64,000 bases of DNA from positions 434,001-498,000 of the forward strand of contig NW_027117347.1 of NCBI RefSeq assembly GCF_038025025.1. The letters are read 5' to 3'. Source of the DNA: Phyllosticta citribraziliensis (lineage: Eukaryota). Made by a program: the position numbers and the translations under genes. The notes under the pieces were generated by a model. The model was not told where the DNA came from and searched no databases. It saw only the letters and a program-made list of their open reading frames with translations. Positions 40,266 through 53,507 of this stretch are shown here, piece by piece (position 1 is the first letter of the stretch; each line of letters opens with the position of its first letter).

Positions 40266-41931
40266 ATGGCCGAAACCGCGACTCCTGCCGCCGGCACCAA
40301 GCCTGCCGCCCCCAAGAAGTTTGCGACCAAGCCCGAGAGGCCCGATGAGGAGCAATTCAAGAAAGACCTCGCCGAAGCCGAAAAGGCCCATGCTGCTGCC
40401 GCAGAGAAGCTGGTGCGGCCCTCACCCTTCCTTGCACAAGCATCCCCGGCGTATGACCTTGCTGACACCATGCTTCATGTAGCAAAAAGTGAAGGCGCAA
40501 ATCGAAAAGGCTCAGCCCAACAAGGACTCGCCCTCGGCCAAGCGCCGCCAGGAGCTCCAAGCCGAACTCGCCGAAATCCGCAAGAAGCAGAGCGGAAAGA
40601 AGAACTCGAGAGATCAGGTCATGGAGCAGATTCGCAAGGAGGACGAGAAGCTCAAGGCCAAGATCACCGAGCAAAAGGCTGCCCGCAGTCGCGTCAACTT
40701 CAAGAGCGTCGACGACATTGACCGCGAAATTGCCCGTCTTCAGAAGCAAGTCGACTCTGGCTCCATGAAGATTGTCGACGAGAAGAAGGCCCTTGGAGAA
40801 ATCAGCAACCTGAACAAGTCCAAGAAGAGCTTCGCCGGCTTCGAGGAGCAGCAAAAGCAGATTGATGCCATCAAGGCCAAGATCTCCGAGCTCCGCAAGT
40901 CCATGGACGACCCCGAGTCTAGGGCCATGAGCGACCGCTACACCGCCATCAACTCTGAGCTCGACGAGATAAGGAAGGAGCAGGACGTCGCCTACAAGAA
41001 CCTTAACAACCTTCGCGACGAGCGCTCCAAGGCACACAGCGAGCAGCAGGCGACCTGGGCGGCCCTCAAGAAGGTCAAGGATGACTTCTACGAGCAGCGC
41101 CGTGCCAACCGTGCCTGGGAGCAGGAGGCCTTCAAGGCCCGCAAGGAGAAGCAGGAAGCCGAGCGCAAGACCTACGAGGCCAACAAGCGCAGGCAGATTG
41201 CTAACCAGAAGCTCGAGGAGGCCAGCTCCCCTGCCTACCTCGACGAGATCCTCACCACCGAGGGTCTGATTCGCTACTTTGACCCCTCTGCCCTTCCCGC
41301 CAAGGAGGAGACCACGGAGGCCAAGTTTGCCGCCGCTGCCACCAGGACCGTCGACGACTCTGGCATCAAGGGCGTGAAGGTGGTCCGCAAGGACGCCGAC
41401 GAGGAAAACTACTTCATCGGCACGGGAGGCAAGAAGGGTAAGAAGAAGAACAAGGGCAACAACTCTCCTGCCGCCACGCAGAACGACACCAAGTTCAATC
41501 TGTCGATTGGCATCATCGAGCAGCTCGCCAAGATCAATGTCGACGCCCCCGCCAGCCAAGCAGACGTGCCCGCTGTTGTCAAGACCCTGCAAGAAAAGCT
41601 CGAGTTCTGGAAGAAGAACCAAGACAGCAAGACCAAGGAGGTAAGCTACGCCCAGCCTTTTCTGAACCACATCAAAAGCTGACCTATCATTCAGAACGTC
41701 GACAAGGCCAAGAAGGAAATCGAGAAGCTCGAGGCCGAGTCCAACGGCAACAATGGCACTGAGAACGGTACCAAGGACCTCGCCAACAAGCCCTCGGCCA
41801 AGAACCAGCAGGTCAACGGCTCTGCTGACGCCGGCGCCGAACTCGCTCAGGAGAAGGATGCCGCCAACGATGCCGCCGCGGAACTGGCCAAGGCAAGCAT
41901 CGAGGAGAAGGAACAGCCCACCGAGGCATAA
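40266..41931 (+). CDS. BFR1: Nuclear segregation / polysome-associated coiled-coil protein Bfr1, 3 exons
   Basis: KPERPDEEQFKKDL, FKSVDDIDREIARLQKQVDSGSMKIVDEKKAL, EEASSPAYLDEI, YFIGTGGKKGKK, KLEFWK. Strong C/G third-position bias. Introns at ~40413-40481 and 41641-41694. Confidence 0.85.
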
Positions 41932-42271
41932 ACTGTTTGACCATCATCTGCCATTGAACCCATCTTGAACGAACCGACATGAGTTGAAAAGAGATTGGCT
42001 TGCAGTCGCTGGGATCAGGATACCAAGGATTTTGTCTGCGTTGAGTCGTCGTGTGTGGGTGATGCATGGCACGGGCTGGACGGACAGACGGTTTGGATGG
42101 GATATATTGCAGGTGTGTGCATTCTTGGTTGGGGCAAAAATACAGACGGTCGACGGACGACATCAGGATTAGGCACCACAGGCATTTCATATCATCTCCT
42201 TCAGCACTCAGTTCCCTTCCCAACCCATCATCTTCCAGCACAAAAAAAAGTTGCACCCCTCCCCTCCTCTC

Positions 42272-42328
<57 letters not shown>
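42272..42328 (+). repeat. (CTA)19 microsatellite
   Basis: Perfect trinucleotide run downstream of BFR1. Confidence 0.97.
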
Positions 42329-43793
42329 TTACCAATACTATTTCTACGACCGTCCCTGTGTCCTTTAATCCCATCCGGAAACCTGAAATTGGAGGACTGC
42401 TTTTCCTGTACCTTTCCTCTTCCCTGCCTCCTTCATCGTGGTTTGGCGTTGGTCATCAAGTGGTAATGATGGATCTGGTGAAATGGACGTACATGTGCAT
42501 GTATAGTCGCATCTACGCATCTACGTAATTGAGCATGTAGGTACCAACCAACAAGCCAATATAAACACGCCTCTTCCGCCGATGCTTTTGCCCTTTGACA
42601 GAGAGGGATCCATGTTTGATGCGCATTAAGTCCGCTCCTTTGCTTTTGGTGAAGTGCGGCTGGCAGAGCTCTGTACCCAGGTAAGCCACACACGCAACCA
42701 ACGCTGAGCCGTCGAACGAACTGAATGAGGAGCGATGCAGATGCGTAGCTAATTACCTAGAGCGAGGCGCAGGAGCAAGCGTCTCGTCAGGCTATACACA
42801 CACACTGTTTACTTTTCCTCCCGGTTCGCCCTCCCGTCGCCTCCGCGCTATCTTCCTTCCTTGCCTATATCACAGCTCTATACATCTGCGCGACCCAGCT
42901 ACCTGCAAGCGCAAAGAGATACTAGCTAGGTGCGTTAGTGAGTGGGTACAGTTGGTAGGGCAGCTAGATCTGTTGGACATGGGACACTATAGCCTGCCGA
43001 AACTGCGCTGGCTTCGCGTGACAGGAAGAAAACGAGCGTCTTCTTCGCTTCCTTGTCTTAGTTGGCTCTACTTATAGTCGAGATGGAGGTGACAGGACCG
43101 TGAAGGCGGCGCCCTGCTCTGCGTCAACAAGACTGGGAAATGATGTAGCGATGTGTCATTCATCCCGCACGACAAGGCTTCCTTTTCGCATATGCACATG
43201 AGGATATGGGTATGTAGGTACGTAAGGTAGTGACGATGATCCAGAGAAGCACGTGTCCACCAAAAATGACGAAACACCAGGCTAAATACAAGGAACGCAA
43301 AACGAATGAGAGTGCCGAAGGACCCGTCCGTCCGTCCGCCGTCCCGGATCCTGCGACAGAGAACCAAAAAAGTGCCGAAGATGTGGGACAAGAAGTGCCT
43401 ATGCCAATGCTAAACTGGATTCCATTCTAGCGCCACCTACCGTGCGTATGCCGGCGATCTCCGCTGCCGCTGCTGCCACCACACCACCAACGCCAATGCG
43501 AAATGCGTCTCGAAAATGCTGCCCGTGTTTATGCCATTCGCCCGGCCCGCCCGCGGGCAATCCATGTATCAATGCGCCTGACTTTGTTCGCTTGCCAATG
43601 AGGCTGAAATAGCCCAACGGGAGGGAAAGATGAAAATGAGAAAGTCGGACGATGAACTAATGCGTGATAAAATGACGATGCCGAGAAGAATGTCGTGTTG
43701 AAAAAAGACCCATATTGTAGAATGGTACAAGGAGCGGAAATACCAGGGAAAATAACAAGTACTGTTTGGCCTTCGTTGTCATGAAAACACACT

Positions 43794-45442
43794 TTACCTC
43801 CTGCCCCTGCCCCAGCTCCTACCGCCAGCGCCCTTGGCCTTGGAGTTCTTGTTCTTGATCTTCAACGCGCGGAAGTTGGCGTGCGCCGTCGCGCTAACCT
43901 TGCGTGCTGCGCGCTTGATGACGCCGTCCGTGTCTTTTGCGTCTTTCTTTGTGTTTGCTGCTGCCGCCGCCTTGCTCGGCAGCTTGCTCTGCGATTTGGT
44001 CCGCTTCTCGTCGTGCTCGCCGAAGTCCGAGTCGTCTTCGACGGCCGTGTCCGTGTCACTTGAGTTGTGGGCCAAGGCGCCGCCGTTCAACAGAGTCTCG
44101 GCCACGCACGTCGCGTCTGACTCGTCTTCTGAGGGAATCGTTTCCAACTGCGATTGAGGTTTTGAGCGGGTGTGGACGGGGCGCATAATTACGCGCCTTG
44201 TTTGGCGTTTGGCGCCGCGCTTTTTCCAGGGTCGCGTTTCTTGGGCCGCAGCGTTTTGTTCCCCATCGTCCTCGTCCTCTGAAGGATGCGTTTCGCCGTC
44301 GGCACCCAGATGCATTTCTGGAGGCTGGGAGGTTGTTTGGGCCGTCGGATGGGACGCGAAGAGCCTACGGGCGGTATTCTTGGTTGACGAGGACATGGTT
44401 TCTTGCTCTGCCTCGAGCTCGCGCATTGCCTCCTCGTCATCTTCGTGGTTTTCGTGGTCCTCGTCAGCAAATTGGTCTCCATGCTCCTGCGCTTCGGCTT
44501 GTTGCGCCTCTTCTGCCGCCACCCTCTTGTCTTCCTCGCGCTCCTTGCGCCGTTCTTGGATAAGTGTGCTGATACTCCGCATAAAAGTCCTCGGCTTCTT
44601 CGGCATCTTGGGGCTCTCTGGGCCCTCTGCCAAAGATTCCGTAGGGAACCAGTCTCTGCGCAGGAACGCCGGCGTCTCCAAGCCCTTGCTAGACGGCGTT
44701 GGCTGCTCCTCCTGGTCCCTTTTTCTCTTCAGAGGCGTCGACATGAACTGGTCTAAGAAATGGCGTTTACCCTCGGACATGGGGGTCCTTCCAAAGCGGG
44801 CTCTCCGGCCACTCCAGATGTCTTCGTTTTCGTCATTCGGATCCTGCTTGCGGGGCGTGGCATGATTTGGCGCAATGTCACCCAGGACGCTGCGCTCTCT
44901 GCTAGGCGTTGCCGAGGGGAGAAGGTCGAAGATGCCAAGAACATAGCCGTCTTTCTGGGGAGTGGGGCCAAGCAGAGAGCGCATGTAGGAGTCGTTGAAG
45001 ATTTTGGTTGCCGACATAGGTGCCTCCTGGGCCTCCTCTTGGCATCCATCACGCTTGGAGGGAGTCGCTAGAGGAGCCTTTTTTGCGCCCTGTCGTCGAG
45101 AGGGAGTGGCGTCCGGAAAGGCATTGGTGGTTTTTGCTTTTTTGGTCGGCGTCTGGGACTCTGTGGCGTGGGCGTCTCCTTTGCGTTTGGGTGATGACGG
45201 CTGTCCTTGGCCGCTGAGAAGGTCGCGAAGTCTGCCGTATTCCTTGTACTTTGGGGCTGGCAAAAGAGATTAGTATTATGCCATAGCAGTAGACTTGGCA
45301 TGGACGCACCAATGTCGCCAGCGGCCTTGATGTCGGCGCGTCCTGGTTTGCGGCCGTGGGCGTCGAAGAAGGACTTTTCCCAGGCCTTGAGCTGGAGCTT
45401 GAGCGACTCGCAAAGGGACGAAATGTCGGTGGTCGAGGCCAT
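43794..45442 (-). CDS. SLD2: DNA replication regulator Sld2/Drc1, 2 exons
   Basis: LKLQLKAWEKSFFDAHGRKPGRADIK..KYKEY N-terminal motif, LGPTPQKDGYVLGIFDLL, many TP/SP CDK sites, KKRGAKRQTRRVIMRP, HANFRALKIKNK. Intron at ~45309-45258. Confidence 0.9.
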
Positions 45443-46221
45443 GGTGAGGGTTGGACTGGACCGGGAGTGGAGGTGGGTGGTATGTTGAAGATTGACGGGA
45501 CGAGACGCGTCGGGGCGCGACAGGACGCGAGTCGGGAGTCGGGGCGAGGAGTCGCGACGCACGGACCACGTCGTCGCCAGTTTTGCCACCGGCGTCCGTT
45601 TTCGTTCCACTCGGTCCACCCACCCATGATCGACACCTTGACTGCGCTCGACTTCACCCGGATACCCAGCAAAGGACTGCAAACTCCACGGCCTGACCAG
45701 AGCATTGACCTCGCTCGAAACATTCAGGCACAAATCCTGCAATCTGTTGCACCCTAGACGCGCCCGCCTCGCAATCAGCCAACACCATGGCCATCTCGAG
45801 ACCATCTCTGGGCCCGTTGGCTGCAAGCCGCCCGGTCCTTGCAAGCTTCCGTTCTGGTCACCTCTCCATTCCGCTACTGGAAAGACGCCCTGCTGCTTGA
45901 CCCCAGACGGTGCAGATCCCTTGGCGGGCAATACGTCTGACTTTCGGATGCCAGACGGGATCATCCGTGGGTTGGATAGAGTTCGTCATGCTCCAATTCG
46001 CCCTTCTCTGCACGTTGCGGGGCCGGTTTTACTTGCTCCGCTGTCAGCGTCGTGTCAGCATCGGTCTACTCGTTCGGCTGTGGCTGAATGCCTCGCCCTC
46101 TCCCCGCTTAGCTCCCAAGTGAGAATAAAAAGGTACAACCCGTCCGCTCTGCCATGGTCTTTTCTGCCACGCCATCAGGTCCTTTTTTTATTCCGCTGCC
46201 GTTGCCCCGATCGAGTGGTAC

Positions 46222-47886
46222 ATGCTACCAAACACAGCGAGACCTATGATGCCGGCAACCAAGGATTGGCAGGCCCTCGGGGCGGAAAAGCGGGCTGCCA
46301 ACTTGCACAAGATACCCACTCCTTGGCGGCTGCCGGAATCAATCACCAAAGGAATCGAGCAGTCCTCCACCATCAGCGTGCTGGACGTGCCCAAATCGTG
46401 CGGTCTTCTTTCTCAGGACGAGCTCAACATTACCGAAAACTACGACGCCACTGGTCTATTGGAGCAGTTGGCGTCTGGGAAACTCCAATCCCAAGATGTC
46501 ACCCGAGCCTTTTGCAAGCGGGCGGCCATTGCGCACCAAGTCACCAACTGCCTTACCGAGATCTTTTTCGACCATGCTATGCAACGGGCCAAAGTTCTGG
46601 ACGATTACTTTGCCAGGGAAAAGAGGCCAATGGGTCCCCTTCACGGCCTTCCGATCAGCTTGAAGGAATCGTACAACGTCAAGGGAATTCCAAACACCAC
46701 AGGCTACATTTCGTTTCTCGACAAACCGCCCGCGGCAAACAATGGCGCCATCATTGAGGTTCTGCTGAATCTTGGTGCCGTGCTCTACGTAAAGACCAAC
46801 GTACCGCAAACGTTCATGACCGGTGACTCCGAAAACAACGTCTTTGGGCGCACTTTGAACCCGCATCGTCTTTGCGTTACAGCGGGCGGCTCAACAGGAG
46901 GTGAAGGTGCTCTGATTGCTTTGCGGGGGTCCATTTTGGGAGTCGGGACAGATTCTGCAGGCTCTATCCGCATACCGTCGCTGTGCAACGGCCTTTCTGG
47001 CTTCAAGCCTACTGCAAACCGCATACCGTTTGGAGGAAATACGGCGCCCGGTCGCTTGGGTTCGCCCTCGCCAATATTTCCAGTCACTGGCCCTCTTGGT
47101 ACTTCGATTCGAGACTTGGAGCTGTTCATGAAGGTGGTCATTGACTCGGATCCGTGGGTCTTTGACGAAGGTGTGATAGCTGTGCCCTGGCGCAGCGTTC
47201 CCCGCCCACCACCCACCACTAGACTCCGCATCGGCCTCATCACGGAAGACCCCTCGCTTCCTCTACACCCACCTACGCTCAGGGCACTGCGAACCGCCGT
47301 CCAAAAGCTCGAGAACAATGGCCACACCGTCGTCCCACTCGACAGCTCCATCCCGTCTCTCTGGTCCTCTGCCGTGCTCGCCTGGCGCTTCTTCTTGCTC
47401 GATCCCTCCAAAGCCGTCTTGCGAAACATTCAGGCTGGCAACGAGCCTGTCATCAAATCAGTCCAGCTGACGCGCTTCTCAGAGAATGACGGCTGGGAAC
47501 CCACCATGGACAACTTGTTCGATCTGACAGTCCAGCGGCGCGGTATTATGCGTATCTACCACGACTTGCTGATTCAGAACAGCCTGGACGTGGTGCTCAT
47601 GCCACCGAACCAGTGTCCTGCCCCGCCACACGACACCTACGGCGTGACGCCTTATACTGTGCTGGCAAACTTTCTGGACTGGCCTGCTGCCGTGGTCCCC
47701 TTTGGCAAGGCGGACAAGGAGAAGGATGCACTCTTCTTGCGCAAGGAGATCAAGTATGTGCCAGAGTACGATGCCGACTTGGCTGAAGGCCTCCCATGCA
47801 GCCTGCAGTTGATGGGAAGACCGATGAAAGACGAGGAGCTTGTACGACATCTGGAGATCGTGGCGAAGGTCTTGGAAGAGGACTGA
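46222..47886 (+). CDS. Amidase-signature family enzyme (general amidase/acetamidase-like), intronless
   Basis: GPLHGLPISLKE, KTNVPQ, GGSTGGEGAL, GVGTDSAGSIRIPS. The true start may be the later Met at 46246. Confidence 0.93.
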   Translation: MLPNTARPMMPATKDWQALGAEKRAANLHKIPTPWRLPESITKGIEQSSTISVLDVPKSCGLLSQDELNITENYDATGLLEQLASGKLQSQDVTRAFCKRAAIAHQVTNCLTEIFFDHAMQRAKVLDDYFAREKRPMGPLHGLPISLKESYNVKGIPNTTGYISFLDKPPAANNGAIIEVLLNLGAVLYVKTNVPQTFMTGDSENNVFGRTLNPHRLCVTAGGSTGGEGALIALRGSILGVGTDSAGSIRIPSLCNGLSGFKPTANRIPFGGNTAPGRLGSPSPIFPVTGPLGTSIRDLELFMKVVIDSDPWVFDEGVIAVPWRSVPRPPPTTRLRIGLITEDPSLPLHPPTLRALRTAVQKLENNGHTVVPLDSSIPSLWSSAVLAWRFFLLDPSKAVLRNIQAGNEPVIKSVQLTRFSENDGWEPTMDNLFDLTVQRRGIMRIYHDLLIQNSLDVVLMPPNQCPAPPHDTYGVTPYTVLANFLDWPAAVVPFGKADKEKDALFLRKEIKYVPEYDADLAEGLPCSLQLMGRPMKDEELVRHLEIVAKVLEED

Positions 47887-49275
47887 TGGTGAGTCGGGGC
47901 TGAAGACATCTTGCTGGAAAAGATTTCTCTTACTGAGACGGCCGCTGTCGAAGTTGGAACACTCTGCTCTACATGGACAATGGGGTTGACCCGATTTACC
48001 TTCAATTCACTGCGGGCTTGGCACCGTAGCACTTGTTCAGATGCGTCAAGTCAATGCAACAGCTTTTCTCCTGTGGTGGGCGTCAAGAAGTGATACCATG
48101 CAGCACTGCGACCACACTTGAGAAGCATTCATCCACCACTACTACGGATGCTGGTAGTGAGCAGTCATATGCAGCCATTTACTGTCACAGCTTCAGCTAG
48201 GGAGCTGTCATTCACTACCACAGCCGTGCCCAAGGAGCTCTCCATTCAACGCAGCCGATGGGCCCAGTAACTAGCCATCGTTTCTTTCGAATCCCACAAT
48301 GCCCTTATTGAAAAGGCAATGTCTCGCACTGCTCGATTGCAGCGCAGTAGTTCTGTAAGCTCCCCTTCCTGTGCTATTGCCGTTACAAATCCGTCCCGTA
48401 TCCATCTAAAAATACACAAGGGTAATGCCTATAATGACATTCAAGTCCTCGATTTTTCGCATTCGGGTGAAAAAACTCTTCGCAACCTACCTGTAGCCGC
48501 TGACAGGAGAAAGAATATCCGGCAAACGTCTCAAGAGCGTGTGAACTGTGCCTGTCCTACAACACTTCCCACTAACCGCTAAAAAAAAATTGAGTAAGAA
48601 GAGGGATCCAGCCATGGCACCGCCACAACGCTCCCCAGTCACTTCCCTGCCATACCGCTCGAGCGTCGCGTCGTCTTCCCTGAATAGGGTCCCATGTACC
48701 CCAGACCCAACGCCACACACGGCAGAAGCAACAAGCAACAATTGGCTCGCGGGCGCGCCTTTCCACACTCTTTCTCTGTATCCAAGTCACCGGGCCTCCC
48801 AGCCCAACGCGACCCAAAACCTCACACCACCCAAACGCAGCGCACGTACGCGCCGCGCTCCCTACTCATGCTCATGCTTCTCCAAGTCAATGCATCGGAT
48901 CGAGCCCATGGCCTAGAACCTACCCAAACGATGCTGACCAACCGCACTGTCGCCTCCTCTTTTGACCAAAGCATTAGCTAAACAGAGCGTGTCTGGTGCA
49001 GTCCAGCCTGGCCAAACCTAAAGCCGCACTGTACACATGCGGAGTTTTTTATGTAAATAGGCACTTCCCTGGCGTCCATCTGCAAGCGTGCGCTAAGCTG
49101 TCGGGCGCGCGCGCGTCTCGCCGTTTGTCAGTGTCGGCTTCCAGAGGCAGCTATTGTCCGGGTGGCTGTGCTGGACATGGAAGTACATGGACAGGTGAGT
49201 AAGTGGCGGAAGGGCCGGGGGAGGGAGAGAAAGTGGCGATGCGACTGGGGATGCGAGGGAGAGAGTTCCGCGTTT

Positions 49276-49320
49276 GCTGCCCGCCGCTGCTGCCCGCCGC
49301 TGCTGCCCGCCGCTGCTGCC
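49276..49320 (+). repeat. 13-bp GC-rich minisatellite (~3.5 copies)
   Basis: GCTGCCCGCCGCT x3 plus a partial copy. Confidence 0.85.
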
Positions 49321-50854
49321 GCTGTCGCCGATATGTGTTGTGCCCGCCCGTCTGTTCGTCCGTGCGGGCCGCGACGATGGGACGGCGGGCGGGTAGCGCT
49401 GGGCGAGCGGGAGATGAACGTGAGGAGTCTTTGAGTGTGATGTGATGAGTTAGAGTAAGGGAGACGGGCGGGAAAGCGGGCGAGCAGACACCGATCGCAC
49501 AGAAGAACTGAAGGACACAGTCCAGGGTCTGCCTATAGTGTTCCCAATTAGATACATGGAGGTAGGCAAAGAGATTGCGATTGGAATGAACACAGTGACT
49601 GATATGAGACAGACTGGATGGAACTAGGGCAGCACAATCACAGAACAGTAGAACACTGCCAGTTCCCTTTTTTGGTGGCAGACGATGCACTCTCTGCTCT
49701 TGATCAAGGGCACTCGGTCGTAGAGGACGTAAAGACGCCGGGCAATGGAAGCAAGAAGGGCAATGTACATTCAGATAGACAGGCAAACCAAACCACCACC
49801 AGATCGACGACGCATACACTCAGCGATGAACGACGATGGGGCCACCGCAGTATGGGAGAGTAGCAGCCCAAGCAAGCAACGAACCAACCAACCCAACCAA
49901 TCAGCACGCCAGCCAAAAATGTCACTCCTCATGCAGCTAACCTAACGACGAAAAGCAACGACCAAGCCAAAAGCTTAAAAGGTTCCACCACCTTGGGTCC
50001 ACCCCAATTCAACACTACTCACCCACCTCAAACCAATATCACATCTCATGTATGTACCTACCAGTCATCCGTCACATCACACCCCCCTCACCACCGTGCT
50101 AGCACCCGGAATAGCCACCTCCGCGAAAAAAGACGTGGTGATTGTGGCGCCACCCGCGGCATGCTGGAAGCGTATCTCGCGCTCTGCCCACTCGCTCGCC
50201 CTGCTTACCCAATCCATACCCGTCGACGAATTTAGTCTTTGCGCATGTGCGGTGGACGCCTTTCTTCCTTTTGCTTTTGACACCAATGGAGAGTTGGCCA
50301 GCAGGGTGCGGTGGAGGGCGGCGATGGATGCTTTCCCGCTTTGGGCGAGGATGCGAAATCTAAAGCGCATGCCATCGGGCGATGGTGGGAGTGGTGAATG
50401 CTGAGAATGCCATGTGAACGGCTGCGGGGCGACGTCAGGGATCTCTGCGAAATATAGCGTTTGTCCAAAAGAGGTATCCCTTCCATCTTTGAGACAGGAA
50501 AATGGGCTGCTTGGTTCAAAGAAGGAAGCCTGTCCGCAGCTAACGCGGGAATGTTAGTCGATTCGCTTGGCCGTTGGTTAACTGTCATCGATTTTCGTTG
50601 TGGTAGATGGTTTGGGTCATTACAGGGAGCCGGAAAGAAGAGAAACAAACTCCAGTTCCATGCTCCGCTTTGTCGTCACATCTCTTTCCCTCCCCCACTA
50701 CTCACACCAGCTCGTCAAGAAAACGAGAGACACATACACACACACAGTACATTGAACACGTCCTTCCATCTGCCCCAATGATGGCATCACTCCGGTCATG
50801 CTTCCAAGCAGTGAGCGTCAGTCCTTCTGTCCGCATTCCAAACATGCCAATTAC

Positions 50855-53507
50855 TCAAGCAGAGGATCCGTCATCGCTCCACTTCGCGCCATCGTAGATG
50901 CTGCCATTCTTGTTTCCGCTGAATTCCAGCTTTGCGAGGAACTCGGGCGGCACGCTTGGGAGGTACTTGCGCTCACGCTCCTTGTCCGTACCACCAAAGC
51001 CCGCGCCGTAAGTCACGAGCATGTCTGTACTCGTCGGCAAACTGAAGGGCAACATGAGTGCCGGGTCCAGCAGCAGGTTCTCAGGGGCGTCTTCGTCGTC
51101 GCCGCTGTCGTAGTGGATGGTCCCTTGGTATGTGTATACCGAAGTTGGGCTCCCGGGCCGCTGCTGCTGCCCTTCTAGAGTCGGGCTGCTGGGCTCCCCT
51201 GCTGGCGCCGACGGGATCGGCGGCATGGATTTGCGGGATAGTCGGCTGAGGCGGCGGTCGGCGGCTTCTTTCTGCAGGTTGAAGAGATACTTCATGGCGG
51301 GTTTCGGGAGCGTCTTTTCTCCGACCTCCGGACGATAGTAGCGGACTGCGTGGTTGATTTGTTGCGGTGTTAGGCGAGGCAGCTGCTCAAGAGTATCCTT
51401 GATGGCGTCAATGTTTTCGCCGAAAGATGAGAAGCACTGGAGCCACTGCAACAACTGAACGACAGGCTCAAGATGCCGCCGCGCAGCGTCGACTGTGTTT
51501 TCCCCAGTTGCCGTCAGAGCGCCGCCCTCGTAGTGATCGGGTTGCCGGTTATTTTGGCGCGCCCAGTCCTCGATGGTGGACACGTTCATTCGTATTTGCA
51601 TAGCCTTTGTACGGGCCAAATATTTCCTGTTGGACATGATGCGATTGAACAACTCGGATCCAAGCCAGTACAGAAGTTGCGACAGCACTTGCGCCGTTAT
51701 GACCGAGTGGATGTCGTACAGGTCTAGCACAAACAACGTAGAAGAGAGGAGAGAGGTGATGTTTCTGGGCGACACCTTGGCTCTCCGTTTTGGCGAGGGC
51801 GGTCGAAACCGCTTCTCGAACGGCTCCGGGGGTTTTGGTTTGCTCTTGCTTTTGAAAATCTTCCACTCGTGCTGGAAAGTCACGTCCTCCAGTCCGGGAA
51901 TGGTTTCATGTTCGAGCATGGCGGTGTCGAGGACTTTATCCATTCGACGCTCGGCATCCCGAATGACGTAGATGAAGATTTCGTTGATGAGCTCGGAAAT
52001 CTGGCACTGAAAATCGGTAGTGGCCTGTACCAACCCCGTGTCCTTTTTCAAGTAATAGAGCAATAACGTGGCGTTCGAAATCCAAAAGGCAAGGATGGTC
52101 ATGTCCCACTGGTGCTTTTCCACCACGTCGTTGATCTTGTCCATGGCGGATACAAGCAGCTGTTCCAAGAGCGCTTCGCTCGAGTGATAGTGCGCATATC
52201 TTGCGGCTAGGAATAAAATGTTTGCCGGGACGGGTTTCTGAGATGGAGACCTCGTCGGGGTCATGTTCGTGATAATGATGTCGAGGATGCGGTCAAGCTC
52301 GTTTTCTTGAAAGACAAACATTTGGTCGTTGAGGCATCGATCCCACACAAATTCTTGGCCTTCTTCAATTTCGTCGGGGGTCTAGATGGTGAGTTGAAAT
52401 GAGCTGCTGCTGTCCCACATGCGTTGCCGTACTCACCTCTGGTCGGTCATCAAGCCCCAAATTCCCCAGGTCGACCTCCAAATTAAGAGAACTTTCCATG
52501 GCCATTCGTCGTCGAAATTCGTTTTCTGCCACTTCCTCCGCGAACTTGTCCTCGTTGAATCCTGCCGTGTAAAAATCATCGTCTCGTGCCGATACTCCGG
52601 TATTCCCTATCGAGTACCCGCTCTCGTGAAGATACTCCGACAGCTCGCTATCGGGTGCGACAAAGTCAAAAGCAGTCCTTCCAGAGGATGATGCCATGTC
52701 CGGCTTGGCACCCTTGTCGAGCAAAAGCTTTGCTATCGATTTGTGCCTGTTGGTCATGGACCACATCAACGGGGTCCAGCGGTTCCGGTCCTGAGTGTCC
52801 ACGTTTGCGCCGTTGTTGACCAGAGTGGAGACGACGTCTTCGTGGCCAAAGCAGGCAGCGTAGATGATTGGCGGGGTGCCCTCGTTGTCTGGCGCGTTGA
52901 CATCGACGTAGCCCTTTGCTTTGCCGGTAACGAGCCGCTCAACGGTTTCAGTGTCACCGTTGGACGCGGCCAGGTTCAGGGCATTCTGCAAGATGTCCTT
53001 TTTCTCGGCCTCGGACAACTTTTCGTCCTTGATGATTGTATCTTCGTTTCCGCCGCCCTTGTTGTCATCGTTTAGGCGGGCTTGCCGCTCCAGCATTTCC
53101 CCCAAGCGACTCTCGCTCTCTTGGGCCGACGGGCCTTGATTGCTGTTCAGGTCGAGGTCGAAGCCAAGGGGTTTTGCGGGCAGCGGATTGGACAGGAACT
53201 GAGACTGGCCTGATGTTTGCGCACACAATTAGCACATCGAGGACAAAGACGGGTGGATCAATTGGAGGTGCGGCCATGAAACCCATGGGGTCCGTCTGCG
53301 ACAGATGAGGGCCGGGGGGATGAGCGTACCCTGCCAGCCGTCGTACATTTCGGTCTCGGGGCCGGAGATGTCGACATTCTTGCGGTCGTCGAGCGACTTG
53401 GGCAGGTCGTCGGGCAAGGGCCGCTGTTTCTTGGGGCTTGCGGAAGCAGAGGCCGAGGGGGAGGCAGAGGGGTCGCGGATGGGTTTCTCATCGGAGGAGG
53501 CCTCCAT
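50855..53507 (-). CDS. Ankyrin repeat + DIL (dilute) domain protein, 3 exons
   Basis: LPDDLPKSLDDR N-terminus, ankyrin repeats (GTPPIIYAACFGHEDVV, DRNRWTPLMWS), FVWDRCLNDQMFVF, DIL core SELFNRIMSNRKYLARTKAMQIRMNVSTIEDW. Introns near 53329-53213 and 52437-52383. Confidence 0.88.

Noticed and set aside
40357..41670. 437-aa minus-strand ORF
   Set aside because: Antisense shadow of BFR1 caused by codon bias. The same applies to long ORFs opposite MAD1, GDH2, the P450 and the amidase.
41995..42528. ORFs with poly-Thr, poly-Tyr or poly-Leu
   Set aside because: Three-frame translations of the (CTA)19 microsatellite.
45705..46757. 350-aa plus ORF
   Set aside because: Out-of-frame overlap with the amidase and its promoter, with no recognisable motif.
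21522..47886. Secondary-metabolite cluster around the P450 and amidase
   Set aside because: No backbone enzyme, transporter or cluster regulator, and the intervening genes are housekeeping.
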